DNA of 64,000 nucleotides. Origin: Pecten maximus. Lineage: Eukaryota. The DNA is taken from assembly GCF_902652985.1 (NCBI RefSeq), contig NC_047023.1, forward strand, positions 30,566,001-30,630,000, read 5' to 3'. A program made the translations under genes and the position numbers. This document shows positions 40,201 through 55,200 of this stretch, piece after piece. Within the stretch, counting starts at the first letter, position 1; each line of letters starts with the position of its first letter. The notes under the pieces were generated by a model. It saw only the letters and a list, made by a program, of their open reading frames with translations, was not told the origin of the DNA and made no database searches.

Positions 40201-43200
40201 GAATGCGAGAGGTCGAGAGGTCGAGAATGCGTAAGGAAGTTTATTTTCTGGAGGAACATATATAGGGATATACATTACGTTGGATATATATGTATGCGAG
40301 GAATCGAGAGGGCGAGGCCTTTAAACCTTATATCGCGTTCTACCTAAGGTCGAAATCGCGAGAGTGCGAAAACGCGACGGCGAGGGAGCGAAATTGCCAC
40401 GGCGAGAGTGCGAGATTAATCTCGCGTTTTCGCCGTCGAGTTTTCGCATTCTCGCGTTTTCGCTCCCTCGCCGTCGCGTTTTCGCATTCTCGCGTTTTCG
40501 ACCTAAGGTCGAGAGTGCGGGAATGCGAGATTTGATACTTGGCCCTAACGATCCACCATAATAAGACGATACTTTAAGAAAATACGTAGAAGAGAAACGA
40601 CAATGCAAATACAAAATGTAGTTATCAACAATAAAGACAAACTGTATTAATTTTATTTATAATTGACATTATTGGGATTTTCTGTAGATATGGATATAAT
40701 ATACAAAGATCGGTACGATTATGGTGTTTGGTTAATGGAAATACTGAATACTGCCCACATGTCAGTGTCGTATGACACCTGGATCAAGTTTGATTTTATA
40801 CTAGGAATTACCTGTAGCAATACGTTTGTAATGAAGCAAATGTATAATAATGATTGTTTATGTTTAGTTATATATTGTGTAACGTCCTATCAACAGCTAT
40901 GGCCATTTAAGGACGGTCTTCGCTGCTAAGTACGATGATATGATGATGATGATGCCGACGATAGATATTCCCAACGTATTCATCAATCGGCAATTTACAA
41001 ACCCTGTATTATAAGATTTTCCGTCGACAGTTGACATTTATCTCGGGAATTTAGATAAGACAACAAGCTCTAGAATTTCGAATCAGCTAGAATATTTAGG
41101 AAATAACTCGTCTGATGTCATTCACTGTGTACCATGTAACATTTCGGAAGCGATCAAGAGTTACCATAGACAAAGCAGGCATTTAGACATATATTCACGT
41201 GACTGGTTGGAGTCATGTGATCTGTGACTATGGCGATGGAATCGTCTGTGGTGTAGGAGGCTTTCCCATTCTAGGAATTCTACATATCATTGATTTTATG
41301 TGCAATTTACATCCAGACAGCCTTCTTGATATCAATAGGCTTTGACAATGTGGTCTCGACAAAAGAGTGTAAAAGTATAGACCCATTAGCTGTGGTCACG
41401 TCACACGAGTCGCCATCACCGGAAACTGACTGTTGCGGAAACAAAACAAACGAGACTTGCATGCCAGCAGCCGTTTGAAATTCTCTTCATTATTGGAGAA
41501 TGGTTATTTTAAGTTCTATCTCAGTTATTTGTTCACTAATCAAATAGCATGTACATTTAATTGCGTTAAAGACCAGACCGTATTTGATCTTGAATAAACA
41601 CTAAATTTACTGTTTAAATTGTCTGTTGGGAAATACCACAGGTTATATATTCAAAAAATCCTAAAACAACCGAAAGTGGCCAAAAATTCTATATCATTTT
41701 ACGGTATTTTACTAACACGACAAGTGCTGTTTATATATATCGAACCCCGAGCAGACATCGCGTGCTACAAACCATGCTGAGAATAGGATCACATTGTTAT
41801 CTCTCTGAAGACGAACTCGACAAACGTTCGTGTTCTATTTTGATTAAGATTGTTTTATGCCTTGTCACTTATGATCTCCAATGTTCTATCGATCTTCTCA
41901 AGTAATTTCTCAGACTTTGAATAATTTCCTGTTGTTACCATAGAGACCATGATTTTTATTGCTCGAGTGGGTATTTGAGATCGCGGTGGGACAGTCAACA
42001 TGCATGTCTATCTATATATCAATCCCATGTTTAATCAAACATTATCTTGGAAGCGTATTGAATGGGCCACTATGTACACATAATTATGCCAACACAAACC
42101 GTTAAGATATATTTTTAGATAACTCATCGTTTAATAATAGCTTGTCTATGCGTTTTTGTAATGATATTGAATTGTTGATAATGTGACTTTTCTGATATGT
42201 CTTGGTTAACCTGGATAGGACTAGATTGATATACAGATTCCACTTATTCAGCTGGTAGCACAACCACTTTATTCTTGCACATGTATTTGTTGTGATTGAT
42301 ATAAAACAACTTTATTTATGTGGCTCTTCTTTTAAATAATGAAATGGGTTTGGAAAATAGCTATACCCGAGCCTATACCATACACAATGTTCTATAAAAT
42401 ATGTTTTCGAGTTTCAAAACACTGTTTATCTAGGTTGATGTTGGACAAGGCCACATATAGTCACATTGGTGTGAGTGACAAGTCCGGGCACAGCGTTCTG
42501 GTTACGAGCTGTAGCATGTTCATTTTCGTAGGACCTACCGATTTGTTATATCATTGTCTTGCACTGGATTAAATATTCCAGAAACACGGTAGTGGACACT
42601 TTTTTCGTAGTTTAGGGAAAGTCTTATTTATATGAGATGTTTGGTTTTAAAAACATTACGCCCGATAACATTTTCCAACATTGATTTGTACCGTTATAGT
42701 CATTTTGATACACTTCCAGTATGCACGGTCAGGACAGCATTTAAGGGAGTGATTAACGAGTGGTATCCCAGTACGACAGTCGGTACAAAAACAAACACTG
42801 TTTTTTTTGATCAAAATAAGTAGAAATATGCAATTAATTCACTTTATGGAAATTTGAAACCATTTTTATTAAATAGTCTTCTTTTTGGATTTGTTATTCG
42901 TCGTACAATAATGTAAGAACATTTGAAATGTTGGGACAAGTGTTTCAAATAAATAATAAATCATCTAGTTTGTGTAGCAGATTCCTTGCACGATAAACAT
43001 TTATAATATCACCCGAACCCTCAAAAAGGTAACACTGACAACGTATACATGCCTGAAAACTAAGGATTTGAATATTTACTCTCTATGAAATAGGTGATGA
43101 AAACACTATAAATATGATTTTTGTTGTTTTTTTCAGTTTCATCATTCGGCATAGTTGGAATCGTGGCCGGAACCATTGTTTTCATCGTACTAGCAACCAT

Positions 43201-46200
43201 CGTAACATACAAATGTTATCGTCGCCGTAGAGCTCAGGAGGTTCAGAGTAGGTTATCATCAGCCATTAAAAAGGGGTTGAAGGAAAGCACGAATGTCAAG
43301 AAAAATGTCTCGACGCGCGGAACACCAATGAAGCACAAAGCCACCAGCCCTATTACTCCGCCTTCGCAGCACGATCTTGGATCCACTGAACGTATGCTTC
43401 CGCCATCGTACTCAATGCAATCCGAAAAAGAGTCCTCGGGTCACGTGAAATCAGAAGTATATGTGGAAAATGAGAAAGAGGGGAAAACACCAGAGAAAGA
43501 AGTTTGCATGAGGGAAAAACAGATTGATGAAAATAAAATACAGAAATTGGGCAACCTGCATTTTTCTGTTGAATATGACTCGCTGAAGACTGCCTTGCTT
43601 GTGACGATCCTACGCGCTGTAGATCTACCCCAGAGGGACCCCAGTTTAGGAGGTTGTGATCCCTATGTCAAGCTCCAACTCCTTCCCGATAAAAGGCACA
43701 AATGTAAGACAAGGGTTCTCCGGAAAACCCTCAGTCCGACCTACGATGAGACCTTTACGTTCTACGGGATCAGTGAAAATCAGATTCAAGGAATTACGCT
43801 GCATTTCGTGGTCCTTAGCTTTGACCGGTTCTCGCGAGACGAGATTATTGGCGAGGTTGTGTATCCTCTTAATGGTGTTGACCCTACCCAGAAGGAAATT
43901 CACCTGACGAAGGAGATCCATCCGCGCCACCTCAAAGTAAGTAGTCACGTGATATCGTTATTATCCAAATTAGTACAATCAATGAGCCTTGATTTAGTCG
44001 AACAAATTTAGTTCATGATTTGTATTTATAACTTTTTTTGCAAAACAATCAGCAATGTGTTTTCGGAGTCTTCGGTTTTAGTTTCTGCAGCAGAACATAT
44101 GTCATTGATCGATCAAAATATCACATACCGTGAGCCAATCCATCACCAAAGTAAAGTTATACTCAGGTTGAAGTGTTTTCTTGGAATTCAATGAATATTT
44201 GAGTTGCTTATTTCTTCGACTTACAGCAAAAGGCTTTTATTAAGAATAGACAGTGAAAGGAAAGCTGTTTAGTGTTCGGGACTTTATTGATTAAACTATG
44301 TGAACTTCGTTATCCCTGCACGCACAGGAAAATCATTGTGTCAGAAGGTGCACCCCTCGTCTAATTTGGCAAGGTTTTTTTTTGTGAAATATGGAAATGT
44401 TGGTGTTTAAGTCCATTTAAGGTTCCAAATATTTTTTTTTTTTAGTATTTTTAATAATTCTTAAGAAATGTTCATCAATATGCGTCAAAGTTACTCGCGT
44501 TGTAGTGGTTGTAGGAAAATATGTTAGGATTGATACTTAAACAAAGTGAACTTAAGAAACACCTCTAGCTAATACTCCGTACTCTAACACCTTAATGTAC
44601 TCATCCAAACTAGTTCACCCCAAACAAAAGAATGATTACCCCATTTCACGCAATTATATTATTCATCACAACACACTAAATCGTAAACAAAAACAGGTGT
44701 TAGATCACATACCTTGTAGATAACAAATGCTAATTAGATTTAAGTAAAACACTATGTGATTTTCTAGGACGAGTCAACAAAACGAGAAGCGAGATAGTTT
44801 TTTCAAAACTCAATTACTTAAATTACTAACGGTTTCAATAATAAAAGTATACTGTAGATTTTAGACTGTTATAACGTTCATAATTGAATTGTACAGATCG
44901 ACCCGGTAATATGTAAAGCTAATATTTTATATTGGCAATTGTTGTACTGAACGTTCTGGTGCATTCCAAATTATAATCGTTGTGGCAGCCTTCCGGAAAT
45001 TAGAAATGTGTTAACCCTAACAACAATCAATGTCACAGTTCGTAAATCACCAATAGAGATAACTGTATACTGGCGGAACATGCCATAACTTATTTAGATT
45101 GGCTCCTGATGTATTCATTTCAAACACATTAAAACCGGGGGTTACGTACTCAGAGGTCCTTCAATATCATTTCATAATTTATAAATAGAAATCAATATTT
45201 CTGCTATCTAGTAATTTTCTCAGAGTTCTCAAATTAATTATCAAAGAAGCTCTCCAATATATCCCCGAGAACTGTCTGACGTCATCAAGTGAGCATAGAA
45301 ACAATGGCAGTTTCTGTGACGACAAACGCCTGGCTGTAACGTTGCTCAAACGCAAATTCAGCATGACTATGAACAAGCACACAGCATCATCGATCGTGTG
45401 TTCCGTAAATAACACCGATATCAAGAGAATTACTGGTTCGTAATGAGAACTACGCCACATCCATGTCATTTGGGTACGAAACTAACAGGATTACCTGATC
45501 AATTAAAATACTACAGCGTGCCACACTGATCCAGCGATCTTATTGGTATTTATCTTGCCGTTATTTCGTTAAAAAATCTACATCAGGAAACAGCGAGGGT
45601 GTACGTGCTTTTTGTGATGAAAGTTCAAGGTAATTGTATAGAAGAACCAGTTAGATCTATATTTACACTACAGTATCACGCAATTTAACGTATTAAACTT
45701 ATTCTCTAAGACAAGAATCACGAACCAATGGCGACAAGTAAACTAGCGTAGCGATGCTTCAAGGTAAATGTATCGTCCTGTATACATGAATCAATCAACA
45801 CGCATGCATCAGTTAATTGATGTTATTAATTAACCGACGATCAGAACGATTTGCATGTTTACGCTTTATTCCACGTGATCTCTTATGAAATCTTGGGCCG
45901 ATAAATGTTTGACCTTTGTGAAGAGGATAGACTATATCATACAGTAAAGCGATCCTGGGATCATTACTATATGTATATATATGGGATATATTGTTACCAT
46001 ACATATGTATTCTTACAATACGGACACCAAGTTCTAAGACGGTTTTCGTCCTTACCATTGATATTATTTAAAGATAGACCGGATAACCAGTTAAGTTCTC
46101 TTTATTCTTCGACATGCTGTGGTACTTTTTCATAAATAAATGGGGGTACACATTTTAGTCGGGATCTTGACCTAAACAAACCCTTGGATTGGTCAACACA

Positions 46201-49200
46201 TTCAGCGAATCGTGTGATTGCTTGGAGAATCAAATTTCAAAACACTCTTTCCACACGTTTCTTATACTTTGTGTGTCTGATGCCCACTTCTTCCTTATCT
46301 GACAAAATTGGAATCTTATAAAAATAAATGCAAATACTTAGTCCAGTCAAAAAGTACGGACATATATCTTATAACGGTAAAGGCACATTCATGGCAATTG
46401 CAGATGACTATTTTTTTTTTAATCATCAGAAACCTTGTCATGCAAATTAGTCGGATATTATATAATTTTAGATAGGGTTTGCAAGGCACAAACACTTGCA
46501 AAATGGTTGACTTTTAAGTAATACAATGTTCTGAGTTTATAATTATTCGTATTTTGAAAACATATATGTATATCGCAGTGACAATGAGTTCAAAATAGTA
46601 CAACTCCATGTAACGGGAACATTGGGATATGTCCGGTCTTTACCCTGCTCTACGCGACCGTATGATATTAGATAGTCCGTCTAAAACCCTTCAGGGAGAC
46701 TCCTGTCTTGTGTATGATTAATTGGTTACGATGTAAATGTGCCCTGTCCTAGATTGGTTAAAGGATTACTTCGCCGCACTAGAAATCCCGGATGGTGTTC
46801 CCTGGTGTGAAACAGTCCGGGAATCGGTGTCCGGGTTTAATTAGTTTTCTTTGACATGATCGAAGACTTGTCTTTGAATTCTATAGGTATTTCACACATG
46901 GGATATCAAAGCTGGTATTGTTTTACAGGAAGTTATAAGGTTAAAGGGTCTGTTTGAAGTTAGGCCTTACAGTAACTCCTGGTGTAGAGTAACTTCAATG
47001 TCTCATCATTTATTTTATAGCTGTTAAATTTTACGGGACTAATATTTCATCTGTGACGCAGTCGGAACTAGTTCGCGGGTTTTAAATTTTGCGTAACAGC
47101 TCTTTGTAAAGCTACAAATATTCGCATGGTATTTATTGTCGAGCTAATGTCCTCAAATATAACCAAATTATATGTCACGCGAATATTTTTAACTATTCAG
47201 TAAATCACTAGTTAACATTATTTTACATACAACTGTTCACCCAGAATATAACACAGGCAGTGTTCCATCACATTATGTATCAAAATCAACGCAATAGATT
47301 ATAAACGATAAAAAATGTTGGGCATAAGCTTAGAGTAGTGGCATAGTGACGTCGACACCGTGTAACAAAGTGTTAGATAGCAAAGCTAGTTGATAAAGAA
47401 ACATGGATCGTTTAATTTGCCTTTACATAAATAAATACCAAATTATCAAAAATCAAATCGTGTATGACGTATGCACTCCAAACGGTCACAAAAAAAACTT
47501 TCATTTAATTTCCTACCAAAGCCTGTTCATTGTAATATACATAGCTAGTCTTCTTCCGACGAGTAATTGACATTAAACTTGAACTCCAGCAACACATTAT
47601 TTACCTAGACTCAATTTACAGTTCATGCTTGCTTTGTTGCTCGGAGAGTTCATCTTTGAAGCATCTGAATGATCCTGGTGCAAAAGACTTGTCATGTTTA
47701 CAATTAGTAACCATCAAATACAGTTATCTACCAGGAAAAAGTGTGTTGTTTCTAGAATTGCTTTGATCTGAAAATATCTTATTGCCGTTATGTGAAAACA
47801 GATTGAGCAGTAGCTGTTGAAAAGAGGATTTCTACAATACATTTACATGAATTGAGAATACAATAGTGTTGATCTATAACATTTATACAAAACAGAATAG
47901 TAAATAATAACAAAAATACTAAATATAGACTATAACTGTAAAAATCGATTATTCAAAACAGTATCTGGCGTAATATTTGAAATAATGTATCATAAAATTA
48001 AGCCTTTCCTTTAATTGCGAAAATTAAAAGAGTCCGCAACCGTTTGTTACATATATAAATTAGTGCAAAATCATAACGTCAAAATTCGGTACGTCCTACA
48101 AGAATGTACATGTTACCGCTCGTAAACATAATGCTGCACGATTTGTTATCCACACTCACGTGACCCCATTCACCTTTCCCCCTGTAGCATTGTTTACAAA
48201 CATCTGCCATGGTAAACAGTGTTGTAAAACCAAAAACATATATTTACATATCATTTTTTATGTTTAAGGCTCATATCTTGAAACTATTTAAAGGAAACGA
48301 TATTAATTTTTATACTGAGTTAGATGTACTACGGTACAATGAATTGTTAATACCCAATGGTTCTGTCTCGTCATTTGCCTGTGAAGACATCCTAAATATC
48401 CTAGCTATTCGTGTCTAATTTCATTATTATTAGAAAATACACGGATCATTTCCAAATATAAGTTCGTGGAAACATAGCATAGACTCTCGTCCAATATACC
48501 TGAATAGCATTGATGGTTACATATACTAACGTTATTTCTCATAACACGTAAAGGAAGAAATGATAATGATTGATGTACGCTCCAGTTATTGCATAAACAC
48601 TTTTGAGTTATGTTCATCATTGCACAACTATGGTTAGATTATGTTAGCAACCCAAGCCTATATTTCTGTATGGAATTTTGGAATAAAACAGTTCAAAATG
48701 TTTGATTTATTACATTCTTCGAGGTCTGATAACGCGGTTACGGAAGAAAAGCTGAAGCATGACTCACTCTTCGCCTCAGACTCTGGGTTATTGAGATTTT
48801 AATTGATATATCACAGACTTCGGATTCCGGAAATAATTCTGACATGCAACGCACATTGAATCCCAGGGTTATTGAAATTCAACAATTTCACCATAAATGG
48901 TTCCCACGATTCCAAATGAGAATACACAATAAAAAAATCTTACAAACAACTGTACTAAAATTCCTAGAAAGATGAAAATTTTCACATCATTAAATCATTT
49001 TTTAAAGGAAAAAGGTGGGACTAATTCTACTTGTTAAGCAATAAACAAAGCTGCAGCCTTGTGTAGCAATCCGGTAGAGGCTTGAACAAAGGAGTGTCTC
49101 TTAACGGTGTACTAGTCAAACGGTACAATATATAAACATTGAGTAGATACTTATATTTCTGTTGTCCTTCTTTGTCATGTAATGCTAATAGCAGCATAAA

Positions 49201-52200
49201 GTGATCCCAAAAACCTGCTTTAGTTATCAAGGATTGTGAGATGACTAGTTATACTCCAGGGGATATATTCTGATATATTGGTGCCACTTAATAATAACAT
49301 CTCATTAACTAAAGTAATCTCTACTCTTTATAATAACAGGCACCTCGGTAAACATTCGACGTGTTTGTAATTAAATTACAAATTAGGTTTAAATGCATGT
49401 TAATAATTAAAATGTTATAATAACCCCCTTTAAGATATTTAATTCTTATAACCATATTGCATGGAGTCCTTATTCTGTCAGATTCGATAAGTTTGCCATA
49501 TGAGGTATCTTTATCGATCATTAGTGTGAAAAAAAACAGACTTCAAAGAACCCAGACAAAGGAAGTGTAGCTACGTATACGTATCATCTTATTTCTGTCG
49601 CACAGTGTCTGATATGGTAGATTACCTCGTGCATAAAGTCGTATACGGCTTTGCGTTAGGCACGAGGTAATCTGTCAAACCAGGCATTGTGCGAAATAAA
49701 TGATACGTAGCCCCACTTTGTTTCAACATGACCGCGTTTTCTCGATTTGCCGGCTTTCAACATTGGCGTAACTGATTAGGGCTGACGTCAAGAAAGATCG
49801 AAGATCGAATAATCGAGGGGGGGGGGGGGGATGTTGTCTTATGAAATAGAAGTTGATGATGATAACGGATGATAACCTCGCATTGATCATGAGAAAACAA
49901 AGCTTTGCTGGGAAAATTTGAACTCTACAAACTTACCTTTATAAGTAAAGGTGTTATGGGATAAACCTGTTCCCTAACGAGTGACGGTTGTTTATCATGT
50001 TTATCCAACTCTTGTTAGTTAATTTTCAATTTTAGCAAATACTCTTAAGCAAGTGTTATTCCTAGAATTGTAAATCATCTAATGTGAGTCAAATATGATA
50101 AACAACTGTCACTTGTTGAAACATCTCTATTTGTCTGGGATCTCTGAAGTCTGTCTTTTTCACGCCAATAGCCGCTTAAGATTACTAACATGGCAACATT
50201 ACCTTCGAGGCGTTAAAGAAATGGCCGCCTTTCCACCGTAAACACAACTGGGTGGGAACATAGATTGGTACACCTGGGATATGGAAATGCCCTATACAGC
50301 TGTTTAATGCTTCTAGGGCTTGACCCAGGGGACAATATTGGGAAATCATGAAACATATATATATGACATGTCATTATAAAAAGAAACACAACTCTAAAAT
50401 GAAGCGTAATACCGCATCGCATTCTGCATACCCGACTAGTTTTACCCGTAGTTCCTGATATTGGCTTCACGTGATCCGTTACGTCAATACAGATGGAACT
50501 TAACGACCTTGCCGAAGATAAATAATGTGTCAGAATGATGGAGCTACGATAGCAGAACCGTAATGAAATTTAATATTGATACTGTTAGCCATACGCTGTT
50601 AACACCCTCTTCGATTTAAGTGTCAGGTTATAATTCTTTCCGTCAATGCTTGACATTTGTAAACAAAGGATTGAATTGGATCGCTCGAAATATAGATCCA
50701 ACCGACATCGTTAGATCACAAAACCGCTAGGCAACTTTATAGTACCATACACATTCTAGATATAACGTTATTTTACCTCTTTGCTGTCGCCATATATCGA
50801 GCTTTATAGATTCTGCGTCTGAATCGAATGTGTAGCGTTAAAACGTCCGTGGGAAGGTGACAACACGATTAGTTAGACAATTAATTAGCAGGCGATAAAC
50901 ATGAGAACGAAATAGAGTAATGGGCATAGGGATATCAGACACCCGTACTGGAAACCGGGGCCTCCTGATGCGTCAAAGGGCCACTCAGTAGTCATCGATT
51001 AATTTTATTGTTTCCTGTTTTAGTTTGTCATAAAAAATACTTGTTATTGTAAAGCTCGGTTTCATATTATCCCTGGAAGATGAGGCGGAGGCGTGATATC
51101 ACGGTATCCACTATCGATTTGAGGTGTCGAGCAGACGTATACATGTTATCCGATATCAGTTCGTGTGGGGTATTTATTATATCCGGGTTTTATAAGAAAA
51201 ATCATATCAACTGCTTCTTTACAATTATATATAGATATTACTTATAAAAACATGCTGTTATCAGCTGTAAAATTATATATATGTACATTCTTCTAAACTA
51301 TTATAAATCTCAAATTCACTTCGATGTATCCGGTCTCTTAAAATAACTCGAAAATTACTGATAGTATATTCCCTCTTGAAATAAACTGTAGGGATAGCAC
51401 AGACTCTTAGACATTATGGATGACATATTATAACATAACCCTTTCAAACTGTGATTTTCCCTCTCTCCGTGGTAACGTATATGCTTCCACCTTTAAGTGC
51501 ATTCGAGTTGCAGTTGATTTAACATTTGATGATCGTCTTTTACGAAATAGAAATATAACTATCAGACGATTGTCATATTAGTTTTATTGTCACTATGCAT
51601 ACAATAGGAATGACAAGTATGACGTCATGAAGTCATCGTATTCATTTTGACAATAAATATAGCCTCGCGACCATTCAGAGTATAGTGAAACAGAACATGT
51701 TTTGAGAGTTTATGTTTGAGTATATTAACTTATAATGTTTTGAACGTTACTACACCATCACATAGCCGGCATAACAAGTATACTGACCAAAATAAGGTAA
51801 TAACAAAGCATATTGCGCCCGACCACCTTGTGAGAAAAGTCATCCAATATGGCCTCGTGTTGACGTCATTTTCTGTAAACACCTCCAATCTCTAACGACA
51901 TCTTGGGAATTCCTATGTACAGTAATCATGGACAATGTTGATACCAGAAAGACAAAAAATCAATGATTTTGTTAGGGTTCGTGATTGCTTGTATTTGTCT
52001 GGCTTCAGGGTATGGCCGTCAGCCTCAATATTTACTGCAGTTGTACATGGGAGAAGAAACATAAAGAATAAAGAAATCATATATATCACTCTAACAAGCA
52101 GCACAAATATATATCACAATTTAGTTACAAAATAAGCACCGCATATTTTGGTAAGGGTAATCAGTCGACTGAAATGCAAAGGATCAATTACATCTCCCAT

Positions 52201-55200
52201 AATTTTATTTTTTTCCTACAAATGGTTCCAGAATGGCTGATTGTTAACCTGATTATCTCTTGTCGTTACAGAAAGTTTTGTTTTTGTTTAGTGTTTTTTT
52301 TTTTTTTTTTCACATTGTTATAACAGTTTTCAAAATAATAAATTTCTAAACTTGGAGAAAATGTAATGTTTTTCTCGTCAGTCTTTCCATCCCAATAACT
52401 AACCCCGGCGAATGGATGAATTATAATATCATCTATATTTTGTTTACCTCCGAATACATGTATATACATGACAAAAGAGAAATCTCACACCGGATTGTTT
52501 ATATCATTCCATTCACGATACTTATTGATTCGAGGTCCTATCTCTCCTTGTGTGTTGGTACTATTGCATATTTGTCTTTGGTGTGTTGACACTAATGTAT
52601 AGATATCAAACTTGATATTGGCCTTTACGGCGTTATATTTTACCTAGTAATGTAATCTCTATTTGTCATATCGTTTAGTACTTGATCTTGGCCTTTATGG
52701 CGTTATATTTTACGTGGTAATGTCATCTCTATTTGTCATATAGCTGTCTCATTTTGGTAAAATCAGTTTTCATTTTAGATGAGATTTTATAAAAACGAGT
52801 CTAAAAATGTTTCATCAGCTATTTGTTTGGTACCGCCTATCTATTGAATATAGATGGTCTCATCGCCACCTATGGATATGAGTGCATTCTAAAATAGCCT
52901 GAAATTAACTAAACACACACCTATTGTCTAGATTTTTATCTATTGATGTTGACGTTGACGCTGTAGAATTTGATGTTTTAATCTGTGATTTATTTTGTCC
53001 TGATGTGATGTCGGTGTACAATGATTTAAATAACCTATCGATTTATTACACAACGTTTCTTCATAAATTTGCTTACCACTCTTACGCCATTTGTCCATTT
53101 TGTTTTTTTCACTATTGTATCTTACTCTCAATGTATTAGAATGTACTAATATCGTGAGTATTATTGTACAATCCTTCCATCTGACTGCCGCTGAAATACA
53201 TCCATTACTATAGCACTCACAATGCAAGTTTTTTTAAACGTTCTTACGTGCATCTATTTATTCTTCAGTTCCAGATGCAGGGCCGGGGGGAGCTCCTTGT
53301 GTCCTTGTGTTACCAGCCCGCCGCCAACCGTCTTACCGTAGTGGTACTGAAAGCCAGAAACCTCCCAAAGATGGACATCACCGGCCTGTCAGGTGAGAAT
53401 TGTAGGTCACCATTTCACTATCTCTTTTCTTCTCTTTACGTTGTCTTTGTCTTTTTATTGAGCGTTATTCACTGTATCTGTTACAATTCGCCTTTTATTA
53501 GGAGTGGTTACGGGTCATAAATACGAGTTTTATCATTAAATCATTTATCCGAAACGAATATTTACATGTATTAATTATAACCGCTGCAAGATCGATCAGA
53601 AACGGTTTCTGTCTGAAGAAAAACAAATCTCATAAGAGGAAGACTATCGGGAATATGTTTGTATACATCATATCGTCAGCAATAATGTGTCGGTGAGCTC
53701 GCATGTGTAATGCTGCGTTGTCGTCAGAAGTCAGTTGACGGAATCAATATCATCCCCACATAACCTCACAGGGCCCAGGATAAAATATATATGTACATTT
53801 ATAAGTAATGCATTCGATTTTCAAAGCTATTCGTATAACGCCACGTCACATTTCTGTAAATCTAAAGACATAAATGATGCGGAGAGCAAAGGATGATTCA
53901 TCCGTTAAATCGCAAAAGATAAAAGCAATTGAATACGAGCCGGTTTTTGTTAAAGAACTGGTTGCATGTTTTATTTTCCACTTTTATCTAATCGCAGGTC
54001 TCTCTTTTATTTAAGACTGTTCATTCTTATAATTGATAATAAGTCATCAGAGATATGTCATGTTCAATAAAAAAATCAATCAGGATATCAGATGCTTAGT
54101 GTACATGAAGAATTTCATCTTCCTTTGAATCATGACATTGGAATTTAATAATGGATCAAAAATTGTCATACTCACTGCAGTAATCGCCAAATAAGGTCCT
54201 TATATATTGTCACAGAGTTCATGTAGGTGTTGCTTACAATATATACCAAATCTTGATATGGGATCCTGATAAGTAATCAATATGTAATTAATGCACATTA
54301 AAAATCTTGATATGAGGTCCTAATAAGTGATTTTAGTTAATATGGCATCACATGCTGTGCATAGTCAGGTATCGATTTTCATCGCGACCAGCCAAAGCTA
54401 ACACCCGTTTGAAAAATTGCCCACAAGGTGATTGCGTAACGAACACATTACCGGATTCTGAAACCTTTTAACAAGGTATTCCTGGACGCTGGATATAATG
54501 CTATAAAACCTGTCATTGTTAATATTACACAGAATCGCTTTCAGTATTGATGTCTTTGTGACATAACATATCAGGCTATTGTTCTGTATTTAAATCCCTA
54601 ACGTATCAGCAATTGTTTCTCTATTTACCTGCTACAAACACAGCAATCGCCAACCAGATTGTACGGTTTTCATCCATACCAATTATTTATTTAATCAATA
54701 ATTTATAATCATTTGTTTGTGGAACTTTCCATTACAGACCTGAATATCAAATGTAGATTGAATCAGGAATTATACATGTAATTAGGAACAACCAAGATCT
54801 ATTTATGTTTTCAAAATATACCCGTTTAACCCGGAACTCCGTCTGGTATTAACCAATCAGGATCCGTATATGTAATTCAAAACTGTATCACGGGATTGAA
54901 CAGTGCAGATCCGTACACGTGACTCTTAAAAAAACGTATTTCCTTACATCTAAAAATGTTTTCCTATGGCAAATTTCAGTTTAGGGACGTTGATGAAACC
55001 AAGACCTGGGATTACCCAATCAGGATCCGTTTACCAGTACTTTTGACCGACCAATCAGGCTCTATACATGTGATTTAGATATATACCTTAACACATTATG
55101 ATTCATAGATATGTAGTTTTTATTATGATCAGTATCGTTTCCATTGGCCAAATGCAGATTTACATTGTCAAACAGATGAACATACGTCAACAAGCCTTGA

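Noticed and set aside
43646-43948. Antisense and alternate-frame ORFs over Syt4 exons (also 56481-56822)
   Set aside because: Shadow ORFs of a genuine coding exon.
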